64,000 nt of DNA, from the IMG/VR virus record IMGVR_UViG_3300046616_000314, positions 372,001 to 436,000 of that record. One strand, 5' to 3'. Below, piece after piece: positions 14,650-23,135 of the stretch; positions within the stretch are counted from its first letter, which is position 1; each line of letters starts with the position of its first letter. Under the pieces are notes generated by a model. It saw only the letters and a program-made list of their open reading frames with translations, had not been told where the DNA came from and searched no databases. Both the position numbers and the translations under genes were made by a program.

Positions 14650-15708
14650 TTAGAAGTTCGGCAGGCTCTTGTAGATTTCCACCAACTTGTCGGGCTTCAG
14701 ACCGATGCTTGTCACCGACTTCAAACCTTCGACCACGATCTGATCCACCGATTGGAACACCACTTCCCCGCCGAAGTCCTGATTGGCTTCTTGCTTCGTC
14801 TGGTGCGCCAGTTCGACTTTTCGTAAACCATAGTCGTTGACGAATTTATCCTTGATATATTGGGCTTCTTCCCAGGTGATGTCAAGGTCGATGAACACAC
14901 GAGCCGTCATCTTCTGCTTAAGCATACGGTTAGCAGAGGCGGGATCAATCAGTTCCGACAGCTTCATATTGCTGAACAACGGTTGGTCGTCCCAAGCCTT
15001 GAAGAAAGGTTCCTTACCCCATTCAAGGAACATCATGCCGCGATCAGTGTCACCAGCATCAGCGAAGTTATACGGGAACTGATTGCCGATATAGACAACC
15101 TTGTCCTTTGCTTGACGGAAGTGGAAGTGACCCGAGAACACGTATTCAATACCGGGAGCATCCTTGATATCATCCGATGTAATGCCCGAACCATGGGTAG
15201 GCATTTCGATCTTGGCGTTCATTAGGAAGCCAGGAAGTTCCAAGTGCCCAAAGACATAGCGCGACTTCAGCGACTTAAGTGTCTTATACTCATCGCCAAC
15301 CAGCCAGGGGAGGATGGTGATCGCGTTCTTGCCTTCACCAAATGTGGTTGGCTTAATGATGGGCGTGATGTTCTTGATATGGCGCGACCACGACGTTGAC
15401 GACACGTCTCGCTTGTCACGGTAATAAAGGTCATGGTTGCCGGTGATAGCGTACACATTGTCGAATTCCTCCGACAGCCGTTCCAGACCACGCAACGAAT
15501 AGTCCATGGTCGAGACATTCAGGCTGAACCGATTGTCGTGCCAATCACCACCTAGAACGATGGTATCGGCACCCCAGGTTTTGGCTTGATCGATAAACCA
15601 TTCCAAGAAATCCAGATTGTCTTGGTTGGCTTGATGGCTATTGCCTGACCGACCATAGTGTTGATCGGTAAACATTGCGAGTTTTTTAAAAGGGGGAGTC
15701 GCGCTCAT
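14650..15708 (-). CDS. gp47: Recombination endonuclease subunit, Mre11/SbcD-like metallophosphoesterase (T4 gp47-like)
   Basis: Motifs FTDQHYG, GGDWHD, GNHD, FGHLE and SGHFH in the expected order; start refined to MSATPPFKK. Confidence 0.92.
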   Translation of the reverse strand: MSATPPFKKLAMFTDQHYGRSGNSHQANQDNLDFLEWFIDQAKTWGADTIVLGGDWHDNRFSLNVSTMDYSLRGLERLSEEFDNVYAITGNHDLYYRDKRDVSSTSWSRHIKNITPIIKPTTFGEGKNAITILPWLVGDEYKTLKSLKSRYVFGHLELPGFLMNAKIEMPTHGSGITSDDIKDAPGIEYVFSGHFHFRQAKDKVVYIGNQFPYNFADAGDTDRGMMFLEWGKEPFFKAWDDQPLFSNMKLSELIDPASANRMLKQKMTARVFIDLDITWEEAQYIKDKFVNDYGLRKVELAHQTKQEANQDFGGEVVFQSVDQIVVEGLKSVTSIGLKPDKLVEIYKSLPNF

Positions 15709-15709
15709 A

Positions 15710-16156
15710 CTATTTCCAAATACATAAAATACAATAACCTTCCGACAGGTAATATCCACGCTCTAGTAAAGCAGTAATCGCCGGATGTTCAGAGAGATAA
15801 CCTTTGGCTGCATCATCAGAGATTGCCGCCATCAACGCAGGTACGTCATCGGGGCTTTCAATGAATGAGAAAATTTCAGGTTCGTCCGTTACTAATTTAA
15901 CCATAATATCATGGTCGAGCACCGGATCGCCATATTTTGTTAACCGCATTATCCGATGTTTGTGTTCGGCAGGAATGTTGTAGCCAACAATCGCCCCGTC
16001 CTCATGGCGCAATAGATCGGCGTTGCGTTCCAACTCTCGTATCAGCATGTCAACATGACCCGCTGCGCTACTGGATAGAACCTGCAAATCTTGCCAAGAT
16101 GCTTTACCGAACACGCTGATCAGAGATACGAGGGTTTTGACGACTCTACTGGTCAC
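15710..16156 (-). CDS. Hypothetical protein
   Basis: 148-aa ORF overlapping the end of the methyltransferase gene. Confidence 0.6.
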   Translation of the reverse strand: MTSRVVKTLVSLISVFGKASWQDLQVLSSSAAGHVDMLIRELERNADLLRHEDGAIVGYNIPAEHKHRIMRLTKYGDPVLDHDIMVKLVTDEPEIFSFIESPDDVPALMAAISDDAAKGYLSEHPAITALLERGYYLSEGYCILCIWK

Positions 16157-17072
16157 GCAACACCTTCAGCATTTGTTGTGCGACAGCACGAATCATCGGC
16201 ACGGGAACCGAGTTACCCGTTTGCTTCTTGATCGCCGAATAGGGCACAACGATCTTATAATCAGCCGGGAAACCCTGTAGGTTCAATAGTTCCCGAGACG
16301 ATGGGCGACGAGTGCCGTTGACCAAGATGTAATTGTAAGAAGCCGTAGCTCTCAGAGCCACCGAATACGGCAGGACTGAGATATTTCCGCTCTTATTCTC
16401 GTGCCAGATGGACGGATAGAACGGAACAGACTTCAAACGTGCGCTACGCTTGGCTAGAATGTGCTCAGAAGCCTTTAAAGAGGGATCATGGTCCGCACCA
16501 GCCTCTAGGACCGTTTCAAGCCCTGGTGGGCTTCCTAGGGGCTCTGGGAAGGCAAAGGGCACGTCATCTTTGAAGCCGACGATGATTGTACGCTCACGTT
16601 TCTGCGCACACCCGAAGTCCAGGGCGTTTAGAACGGTCGAATGGACGTGGTAGCCGAGCCCTTGGAGGGTTTGTTCGATAACCGCGAACGTCTTGCCGCC
16701 ATCGTGCGTCTTGAGGTTCTTGACGTTCTCTAGGAGGAAGGCTTTGGGCTGTTTTTCTTGGATGATGCGGGCGACATCGAAAAACAATGTGCCACGGGTA
16801 TCATTGAAGCCCAACATCTTCCCGGCGCCTGAGAAGGCTTGACACGGGAAGCCGCCAACGAGAATATCGTGATCGGGGATTGTCTTTTCGTCAATCTGCG
16901 TGATGTCGCCATGGGGCTTGTCACCGAAGTTGGCTTCGTAGGTTTTTTGTGCGGCAGCATCCCATTCGGATGTAAAGACGCACTCACCACCTAGTTCTTG
17001 AAAGGGGATACGAATGCCCCCGATGCCTGCGAATAGATCAATGAATTTAAAATCGTTCCAATTGCTTGACAT
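16146..17072 (-). CDS. DNA cytosine-C5 methyltransferase (M.HhaI-like catalytic core; target unknown)
   Basis: FIDLFAGIGG, GDIT, GGFPCQAFS, ENVKNL, QKRER, LQGFP and QTGNSVPVP motifs. Confidence 0.95.
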   Translation of the reverse strand: MSSNWNDFKFIDLFAGIGGIRIPFQELGGECVFTSEWDAAAQKTYEANFGDKPHGDITQIDEKTIPDHDILVGGFPCQAFSGAGKMLGFNDTRGTLFFDVARIIQEKQPKAFLLENVKNLKTHDGGKTFAVIEQTLQGLGYHVHSTVLNALDFGCAQKRERTIIVGFKDDVPFAFPEPLGSPPGLETVLEAGADHDPSLKASEHILAKRSARLKSVPFYPSIWHENKSGNISVLPYSVALRATASYNYILVNGTRRPSSRELLNLQGFPADYKIVVPYSAIKKQTGNSVPVPMIRAVAQQMLKVLRDQ

Positions 17073-17093
17073 ATACTGAGTTTCTATTAGTAT
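17066..17093 (+). promoter_or_regulatory. Early promoter TTGACA-N16-TAGTAT
   Basis: Upstream of the plus-strand paralog cluster; overlaps the methyltransferase start codon. Confidence 0.55.
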
Positions 17094-17170
17094 AAAAATG
17101 TATCACTATGAATGACCTGATATTAACGTAAATGGGTCGTTAACTGCAATATTTTTCGGGATTAACGCGC

Positions 17171-17524
17171 GTGGATAAAGCCGATTACGATAAGTTGCTA
17201 CAGCGCGCGATTGCCGAAACGGGGTTCATCGATCATGTCCATTGTCGCCACGCGACCGAGCGCATGGCAATTGAATTGCTCACGTCATACATAGAAGAGA
17301 AATTCGGGTTGACGTATTTCCTCGAAATTCCGTACACATTCAGCGACCGGACTTATGGTGTTAATTTTGCCACCCGGTTTGAAAAATACATCAATCGTCC
17401 TGCCCGGCTTCAAGGGCGTTGGATGTATACCCCGATCCAGAAATCCCCCTTTAGTCGAACCGAGGCTCATTTGTTTTCTTTCGAGAACGAAGAAGATATG
17501 GTTCTTTTCAAGATGGTGTGGTGA
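17171..17524 (+). CDS. FKLKW-family relative, cluster 2
   Basis: Ends LFSFENEEDMVLFKMVW. Confidence 0.85.
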   Translation: MDKADYDKLLQRAIAETGFIDHVHCRHATERMAIELLTSYIEEKFGLTYFLEIPYTFSDRTYGVNFATRFEKYINRPARLQGRWMYTPIQKSPFSRTEAHLFSFENEEDMVLFKMVW

Positions 17525-17883
17525 TGGGTCGTATGACTGACGAAGAATTTGACGACCTGATGTACAGAGCCCGAAGCTCTGGCTTTATCAATCATTATAC
17601 CAAGAATAGGACTGCTATTCCGCTTAGGAATGTTGAGAAAGAAGAGATTGCTCTTACTAAGGCGTATGAATTCACACACTTTATTGTGATTCCATACGAG
17701 CATGATCCGTCGTTCAATTTCTTAAATCGATTTGCGCGTTATATTGATCGCCTAAGTCGCATTGAAGATGCGTGGACTTTTGGTCCCATTATACGAGACG
17801 GCGCGATCCAAGGGATTGCCATCGCTCATTTGTTTGCCTTCCGTAGTGAGGAAGACATGATTCAATTCAGGTTGGTGTGGTGA
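17518..17883 (+). CDS. FKLKW-family relative, cluster 2 (sister of 17171)
   Basis: Ends LFAFRSEEDMIQFRLVW; GTGTGGTGATG overlap junction. Confidence 0.85.
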   Translation: MVMGRMTDEEFDDLMYRARSSGFINHYTKNRTAIPLRNVEKEEIALTKAYEFTHFIVIPYEHDPSFNFLNRFARYIDRLSRIEDAWTFGPIIRDGAIQGIAIAHLFAFRSEEDMIQFRLVW

Positions 17884-18158
17884 TGCTGATATTCATTGAC
17901 GAAACCAAACCTTTCTGGGAAGGGCTAGAAAACGATGCAGCCGAAGACGAAGAAGGCTCGTACCCTTGGTTGAAGCCAGATGTTGAATCTTGGATGAAAG
18001 CCAAAGGCATTCCTGTCGAATGGTTCAGTAAAGGCTTAAATTTTTGGTGGGCATTGAAATTCGGCAATGACGAAGACGCCATGCTTTTCAAATTGACTTA
18101 TCCTATCGGAACATATTTTGAAAATGATCCGCGCCACAAAGCGGATTGGGACCGTTAA
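17877..18158 (+). CDS. FKLKW-family relative with C-terminal extension
   Basis: WALKFGNDEDAMLFKLTYP... Confidence 0.85.
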   Translation: MVMLIFIDETKPFWEGLENDAAEDEEGSYPWLKPDVESWMKAKGIPVEWFSKGLNFWWALKFGNDEDAMLFKLTYPIGTYFENDPRHKADWDR

Positions 18159-18400
18159 TGCTACTCTTCGTAGACAACGGCGAGCTTGGCGAATGGACAG
18201 AGCCAAACCAGCAGGTTCCAAATTTCGCGCCTCATGTTTCAGCATGGATGACATCGGTGGACATCCATGATGTCGAATGGCTAGACAAAGGACCGGACTT
18301 CCTTTGGGCTCTCGTTTTCAAGAACGATGAGGATGCCATCATGTTCAAGATGCGCTATCCTGATCACACCTTTTTCGAAGACCATGAATTTAAATGGTAA
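18146..18400 (+). CDS. FKLKW-family relative with C-terminal extension
   Basis: WALVFKNDEDAIMFKMRYPDHTFFED. Confidence 0.85.
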   Translation: MGPLMLLFVDNGELGEWTEPNQQVPNFAPHVSAWMTSVDIHDVEWLDKGPDFLWALVFKNDEDAIMFKMRYPDHTFFEDHEFKW

Positions 18401-18404
18401 CGCA

Positions 18405-18773
18405 ATGCTGATCTTTATCGACAACGACAACGAAATGTATACGTGGGGCGGTAGCGGTGCTAGCGTTAACGCTTATCAAAATTATGCCCCGCCCGCTTTT
18501 GTTCCGCGTGTTCAGGAATGGTTGGACCTGCATGGCATTGTCATTGAGGGATGGTTTGACAAAGGACCGGCGTACCTTTGGGCTGTCCAATTCAAGAACG
18601 ATGAAGAAGCCATGATGTTCAAATTGTATTTTAATGATGAGACACGTTTCGAGAACGATACTCGTTCGATTTCAAACGAAGCCTATTTGAACCTAGACGC
18701 TAATCATCCAATGTATGCCACACCGCCTCGGCTGTATCCGCATCCATGTTCGGATCATCGTGGAAGCCAATAA
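18405..18773 (+). CDS. FKLKW-family relative with C-terminal extension
   Basis: MLIFIDND start (refined); WAVQFKNDEEAMMFKLYF. Confidence 0.82.
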   Translation: MLIFIDNDNEMYTWGGSGASVNAYQNYAPPAFVPRVQEWLDLHGIVIEGWFDKGPAYLWAVQFKNDEEAMMFKLYFNDETRFENDTRSISNEAYLNLDANHPMYATPPRLYPHPCSDHRGSQ

Positions 18774-18978
18774 TATTTTTTTGTTTGTGGCGCGTGGGGA
18801 TGTAAACGCATCCGCATGACGAACAAATGTTTGCGTCGATGATCGCTGGAATGATATCAGGAGCGACTTCCGCGATCTCTTCCAATTGAGAATGATGAAT
18901 TTTGTCCTGACGATTTAAGGTCGGGCGTTCACATTCACGGTTGGGACAGGGTTTGTTCTGTTTGCTTCTATGCGCCAT
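18700..18978 (-). CDS. Small putative Zn-binding protein (CPxxxC...CxxCGCV)
   Basis: Four or five Cys in two clusters; paralog at 26024-26230. Confidence 0.7.
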   Translation of the reverse strand: MAHRSKQNKPCPNRECERPTLNRQDKIHHSQLEEIAEVAPDIIPAIIDANICSSCGCVYIPTRHKQKNIIGFHDDPNMDADTAEAVWHTLDD

Positions 18979-18985
18979 ACGATAT

Positions 18986-19363
18986 TTAGATTCGCATCAG
19001 CACCTTGGCTGGATCAACGAGCATCGTTTCGCCAAGAGCGGCGTATCCGTTCAATCCCAATTCCGACATTTCATTGGCGACTTGTCGTTCATCGGCGTGC
19101 AATCGTCCGCGACCTGTCATCATATAAGTATGCAGTCGCCCGCGATGAAAATCGACAAGCTCTACGTCGTGCTTGACTTCGAAAGTCAAGATGCACGCGA
19201 TCAGATGGCGATCATTGAGATTGTTGCGGCGTGCCATAAGCTGCGCGATGATATGGTTTGGAGCGAACCACGATTTCTCTCTAGGATATTCGAACGGGGT
19301 TCTTGAGAGCGTGCCGTGATAGAGCAACGTCCCGGCTCGTAGAATGGTCTTCTCGAATTGCAT
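18986..19363 (-). CDS. ADP-ribosyltransferase-like domain protein
   Basis: LYHGT followed by an SWF element resembling the ART H-Y-E core; activity inferred. Confidence 0.55.
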   Translation of the reverse strand: MQFEKTILRAGTLLYHGTLSRTPFEYPREKSWFAPNHIIAQLMARRNNLNDRHLIACILTFEVKHDVELVDFHRGRLHTYMMTGRGRLHADERQVANEMSELGLNGYAALGETMLVDPAKVLMRI

Positions 19364-19764
19364 TAATTGTAGTGCGCCGCAAATTCTTCGACCTTCTCCA
19401 AGGTCGCATTGCCCTTTAGCTCAACGTCAACCTTAAAACCATTGGCGAGATCGACACGATTTATGGCGCCCGCATAGTTGGCATCGGGAAACAGTCTCAC
19501 CACGGTCTCAGTACGCTCATCAAACTGGGGATGACCGATCTTGAGGAATGATCCGAAGATACGGAAGCCGTTGGGCGTATCAACGTCGAAATCGAACGTC
19601 ACCATCAAGGTTTCGTAATTGACTGTCGTCTTGAAGCAGACGCCATGAAGATCGCTCTTGAAAGCGTAGAACGGGCATTCGTCATACATGGGTTCAGGAT
19701 CAAACTTGGCATCGAAGCCAAAAATTGAAACCAATTTTGCCATTTGACGTGCGGTAATCTTCAT
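19363..19764 (-). CDS. Hypothetical early protein
   Basis: 133 aa directly downstream of an early promoter. Confidence 0.75.
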   Translation of the reverse strand: MKITARQMAKLVSIFGFDAKFDPEPMYDECPFYAFKSDLHGVCFKTTVNYETLMVTFDFDVDTPNGFRIFGSFLKIGHPQFDERTETVVRLFPDANYAGAINRVDLANGFKVDVELKGNATLEKVEEFAAHYN

Positions 19765-19770
19765 ACGACG

Positions 19771-19798
19771 AAAATAACACGTCGGAGGGATTTGTCAA
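19771..19798 (-). promoter_or_regulatory. Early promoter TTGACA-N16-TATTTT with extended -10
   Basis: Upstream of 19764. Confidence 0.65.
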
Positions 19799-19799
19799 A

Positions 19800-20675
19800 T
19801 CACCAATCGTCGTCAGGATCGATTTCGAGATATTCTATTTGATACGGAATGTTTAATTTTTGAGCCCATTCCACAACGCCTTCGGCGGGATCGCGTAGGA
19901 TAATCAACTCAACTGTTTTGTTGTTGAGCGGAAGTTCTTTGGCAACAATAACTTCCTCACTCTCCGTAGTCTGTGAGACGCGCGAGAAACCACGGTCATT
20001 ATACGGAACCATTTGATATCGTGCGGCAATGTTTTGTTGGTTCAAAACAAAAATGACGGCGGCACTACCGGGTCCGTCTTCATTGCTGTAGTTCAAACGC
20101 TCATCGCGCGAGACGCTAATACCCAGGCGGTTTTTGCCATTGATGCTGTATATCCGTCCAGCCTTGAGCACGCCGCTCTTAGCGATCATGTAGGCGCCTT
20201 CTGACGATGTACCATGATACACCGGGGCACTACGGCTCTCGTTGATTGTTCCAGGGGTCCGAGGCAAACGAACACCATCGGTCTCATGGTCAGGATCAAA
20301 TTCGAAACCGAACTTCGTATACCATTTAATTAATTGTTGTTCTGACATGGCTTGGTCATTCAAGTCTGCCAGTTTATCGATACCACGATCATCGTCGTCA
20401 TAGTGATCGAAGCGAAGATCATAATGCAATGGATGAGCGGTAAGGGTTAGCTTTACGCCAAGTTGATCGGCTACAGAGCAAAGCTCTTGCATTTTTTGAT
20501 TGCCATAGCCTTGCTTACGGTTTTCTTCCGACCATAGTTGATCCAGACTTACCGTTGTGGGGTCGCGAACAGTGAGGTCCAAACTGATATTCTTATCACC
20601 GCGCACTTGTGCGACAAGTTGGCTCGCCGGGTTCTGCGCGTTCTCGATAAGGTTGATGACAGTTCGAATGTCCAT
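19800..20675 (-). CDS. Two-domain late protein: GNAT-like domain plus ART-like domain, joined by an INES linker
   Basis: RKQGYG...LIKWYTKFGF (GNAT); VYHGTS...GISVSRD...SEEV (ART-like); N-terminus MDIRTVINLIE. Confidence 0.7.
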   Translation of the reverse strand: MDIRTVINLIENAQNPASQLVAQVRGDKNISLDLTVRDPTTVSLDQLWSEENRKQGYGNQKMQELCSVADQLGVKLTLTAHPLHYDLRFDHYDDDDRGIDKLADLNDQAMSEQQLIKWYTKFGFEFDPDHETDGVRLPRTPGTINESRSAPVYHGTSSEGAYMIAKSGVLKAGRIYSINGKNRLGISVSRDERLNYSNEDGPGSAAVIFVLNQQNIAARYQMVPYNDRGFSRVSQTTESEEVIVAKELPLNNKTVELIILRDPAEGVVEWAQKLNIPYQIEYLEIDPDDDW

Positions 20676-20680
20676 ATGTA

Positions 20681-20694
20681 TATTTACCTAAATA
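20681..20694. promoter_or_regulatory. Back-to-back late promoters TAAATA (minus 20681-20686, plus 20689-20694)
   Basis: T4 gp55-type -10 box in front of both divergent genes. Confidence 0.65.
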
Positions 20695-20698
20695 TTCG

Positions 20699-22495
20699 AT
20701 GCGCGAATTCATGAAAATCGTAGAGTCTGCTGAATACGACCAATGGTCTCCTGACCGTGGCATTGATGATTTCGTCCGCGAAGAATTTAGCACGGGTGGA
20801 TGCGGTTATCTGGCACTGGCTCTACATGAATTAACCGGTTGGGGCATTCGTGCCGAAATCGATGTTCCCCGCGATCAATACGAGCGCGTTGGCGGCGGGA
20901 TCGAACATATTTGGGTAGAGAACCCACAATACCATGCTGTAGACATTAATGGCGTTCACACAAGCGGGTTTGCTCAAACGAAATACAGTGATCCCAATAA
21001 TCTTGGAGACGTTGTAAAAATCGATCCCGATTATCTGCTGCATACATCAAACGATAAAGAAATGATGCAATGGGCTCGCGATCTAGTACGATTATTCCCA
21101 AAGCATTTTGGTTTGAAGGTAAATGAAAGTATCGAAAGTGGAGAGGGATTTTCAGTAAGCCCAGAGTCCGCCAAGAAAATTCTGTCTAGCTTCTATCTGC
21201 AACGCGGAACAAAGATCGGCAAGAACACACGCTTATGGCGCGGTGTATCTGCTGATAGCGGGTCTGGGATGGCGACCTACGGGACTGGATTCTATTTCAC
21301 CGCCGATAGGAAGCGCGCGAAAATATATGGAGACGTGGTAGAGATTGACCGCTCGAATCTCCCCCTGAACCCGTTCAGATTCAACACCAACAATGACTAT
21401 GAGGTTTGGCTTTACGAAACAGGTGAAACGCTTGGTTATGACGATCCCCGAGCGTTCGCAAATGCCTACCAAGACGTTAGATTTTTGGTTCAGGCTATCG
21501 ATCCTTACGCAGACGGAATCCAAGTCATGACCGGATCAGATGCGATGTTCGTCCGCTATCCTACCCTCAATATCACAGAGAATGCGCCTTACGAGCCGGG
21601 GGCAATGCGTAACTTCATGAACATCTTGGAAGGCGATATGCCCCAACTGTACATCCGCTTCGGTGATCTACCGGAGGGCGGACGTTCCAAGATTGGTGCG
21701 GCTCCGAACTGGTATAAAGCCCAGGCTCAAAAAGATACGCATGAAGCAGGCATTTCGGTTCTGCCCGTTTCGTTCGATGATGAAATGAACCGTTGGGCGA
21801 TCTCGGCAAACAACTACGCCACTCTTGATGCGCTATTCCATTACAAACGTCCCGCCTATCTAGTCTATGGCGAGCATGTCACCGATGAAGATGGCTACGA
21901 TCAATACGGTATGGACGATGAGCCATTGCTTAAGAATGTTAAGATCATCAAGCAACTACAATACGATGAGCTTTGGGTTCCGGCTTGGGGCAAAGACCCG
22001 TTGCCAGAAGAGTATCTAGAGGCGCGCGAGGATAATTTATCAGAAACCCATGAACAAATTTTTGAATTGTTCGGATCACCAACATCTTTCCGTGTGATCG
22101 ATCCAAAAATCGTTCCAATACAGAATGTGTGTGCTGCATATTGCTTTGCAGTAGGAGAGACAGAGTACATAGTATACATGACGCGGGAGGACGAAGATGA
22201 CTACGTTTGTAGCTTCGGCGAAGTGCTCTGGTATAACAGCGAAGGGCGTGCAAAACTCAGTTATGATACTGACGACCAAGGTAGTCCGTTTAAGGTCTAC
22301 AGCGGCGTTAAAAATGCCTTCCTGTCGTTCATACGCGATTTTGAACCGGAGACCATTAGCTTTGGGGGCTATAATGATAAACAAAATCACCTTTATCGAG
22401 CGATCCTGAGTAAGCCAAAGAATCTTCCGCCGGGCTATTCGTTTGCCGGGAGGGTGTTCGACATGCTGATGATACAGAGAAATACTCGCGCCTAA
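20699..22495 (+). CDS. Four-domain late protein, putative packaged polyprotein (Cys-His-Asp domain, ART-like domain, two unknown domains)
   Basis: GGCGYLALAL...EHIW...VDING; LWRG...YGTGFYFT; linkers VNES, ITE, LSE; the N-terminal-type motif recurs internally (MREFMKIVES, MRNFMNILE). Confidence 0.7.
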   Translation: MREFMKIVESAEYDQWSPDRGIDDFVREEFSTGGCGYLALALHELTGWGIRAEIDVPRDQYERVGGGIEHIWVENPQYHAVDINGVHTSGFAQTKYSDPNNLGDVVKIDPDYLLHTSNDKEMMQWARDLVRLFPKHFGLKVNESIESGEGFSVSPESAKKILSSFYLQRGTKIGKNTRLWRGVSADSGSGMATYGTGFYFTADRKRAKIYGDVVEIDRSNLPLNPFRFNTNNDYEVWLYETGETLGYDDPRAFANAYQDVRFLVQAIDPYADGIQVMTGSDAMFVRYPTLNITENAPYEPGAMRNFMNILEGDMPQLYIRFGDLPEGGRSKIGAAPNWYKAQAQKDTHEAGISVLPVSFDDEMNRWAISANNYATLDALFHYKRPAYLVYGEHVTDEDGYDQYGMDDEPLLKNVKIIKQLQYDELWVPAWGKDPLPEEYLEAREDNLSETHEQIFELFGSPTSFRVIDPKIVPIQNVCAAYCFAVGETEYIVYMTREDEDDYVCSFGEVLWYNSEGRAKLSYDTDDQGSPFKVYSGVKNAFLSFIRDFEPETISFGGYNDKQNHLYRAILSKPKNLPPGYSFAGRVFDMLMIQRNTRA

Positions 22496-22586
22496 TTCCA
22501 TTATCGGAAATAAAATTGCGTTCCCGGTACCTGATTTACGCAAGCCTCGGTAGTTAACTTCACTGAACGCATTCACTAAATCTACC

Positions 22587-22592
22587 TAAATA
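22587..22592 (+). promoter_or_regulatory. Late promoter TAAATA
   Basis: Upstream of the 22647 operon. Confidence 0.55.
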
Positions 22593-22646
22593 TTGATGCG
22601 CCCAAACGTGTACTGTTTGGGCTATTTTTATGAGGTAAACATAGTA

Positions 22647-23132
22647 ATGGCAGTTCATATTAACGGGACCTTTAGGGGTCCAGTTCCTATTTCCTTCCCA
22701 AATCAAGAAGGAAATGAAGGAAAGGTGTTGATGACGGATGGAGCAAGCCTGTATTGGGCAAATTCCACGTCATCCGATTCGGGGGAAGAACTTCCTCCTA
22801 TTACTAACATGGGCGGCAGAGTCCTCAAGACAGATGGCGAAACTATTTTTTGGTCCATCAACACAGGCGGTTCAGCACCGATCAATCTAGGCATGGGGTC
22901 TTCGGACGATGTTCTAGAAGCTTACTACCACTACGACGAAAACGGTCGCATCGATTACACAATTGAAACAATCTTCGGCGACGAAAAACGTTCAGAGTTT
23001 ACCTACAACGAGCTTGGTCTAATCGAAACGCTTTACGTTACGTTTCAAGGCAAGACTAGAACTGAAACCTACACATATACCGAAAATGGTAAGGTCGAAA
23101 GCATGACCGCCGTTAACACCGGAGGGGAATAA
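22647..23132 (+). CDS. Virion/tail-fibre-associated protein with two GKVLxTDGxxxxW repeats and YD-like repeats
   Basis: GKVLMTDGASLYW and GRVLKTDGETIFW; YHYDENGR, FTYNELG, YTYTENG; GAGGT ribosome-binding site. Confidence 0.7.
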   Translation: MAVHINGTFRGPVPISFPNQEGNEGKVLMTDGASLYWANSTSSDSGEELPPITNMGGRVLKTDGETIFWSINTGGSAPINLGMGSSDDVLEAYYHYDENGRIDYTIETIFGDEKRSEFTYNELGLIETLYVTFQGKTRTETYTYTENGKVESMTAVNTGGE

Positions 23133-23135
23133 TAA

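Noticed and set aside
16146-17072. m5C methyltransferase as the cognate GGCC protector of the HaeIII-like nuclease
   Set aside because: It is 17 kb away, resembles M.HhaI more than M.HaeIII, and lacks the TxQASGRQ target-recognition segment I recall for GGCC enzymes. Not excluded without methylome data.
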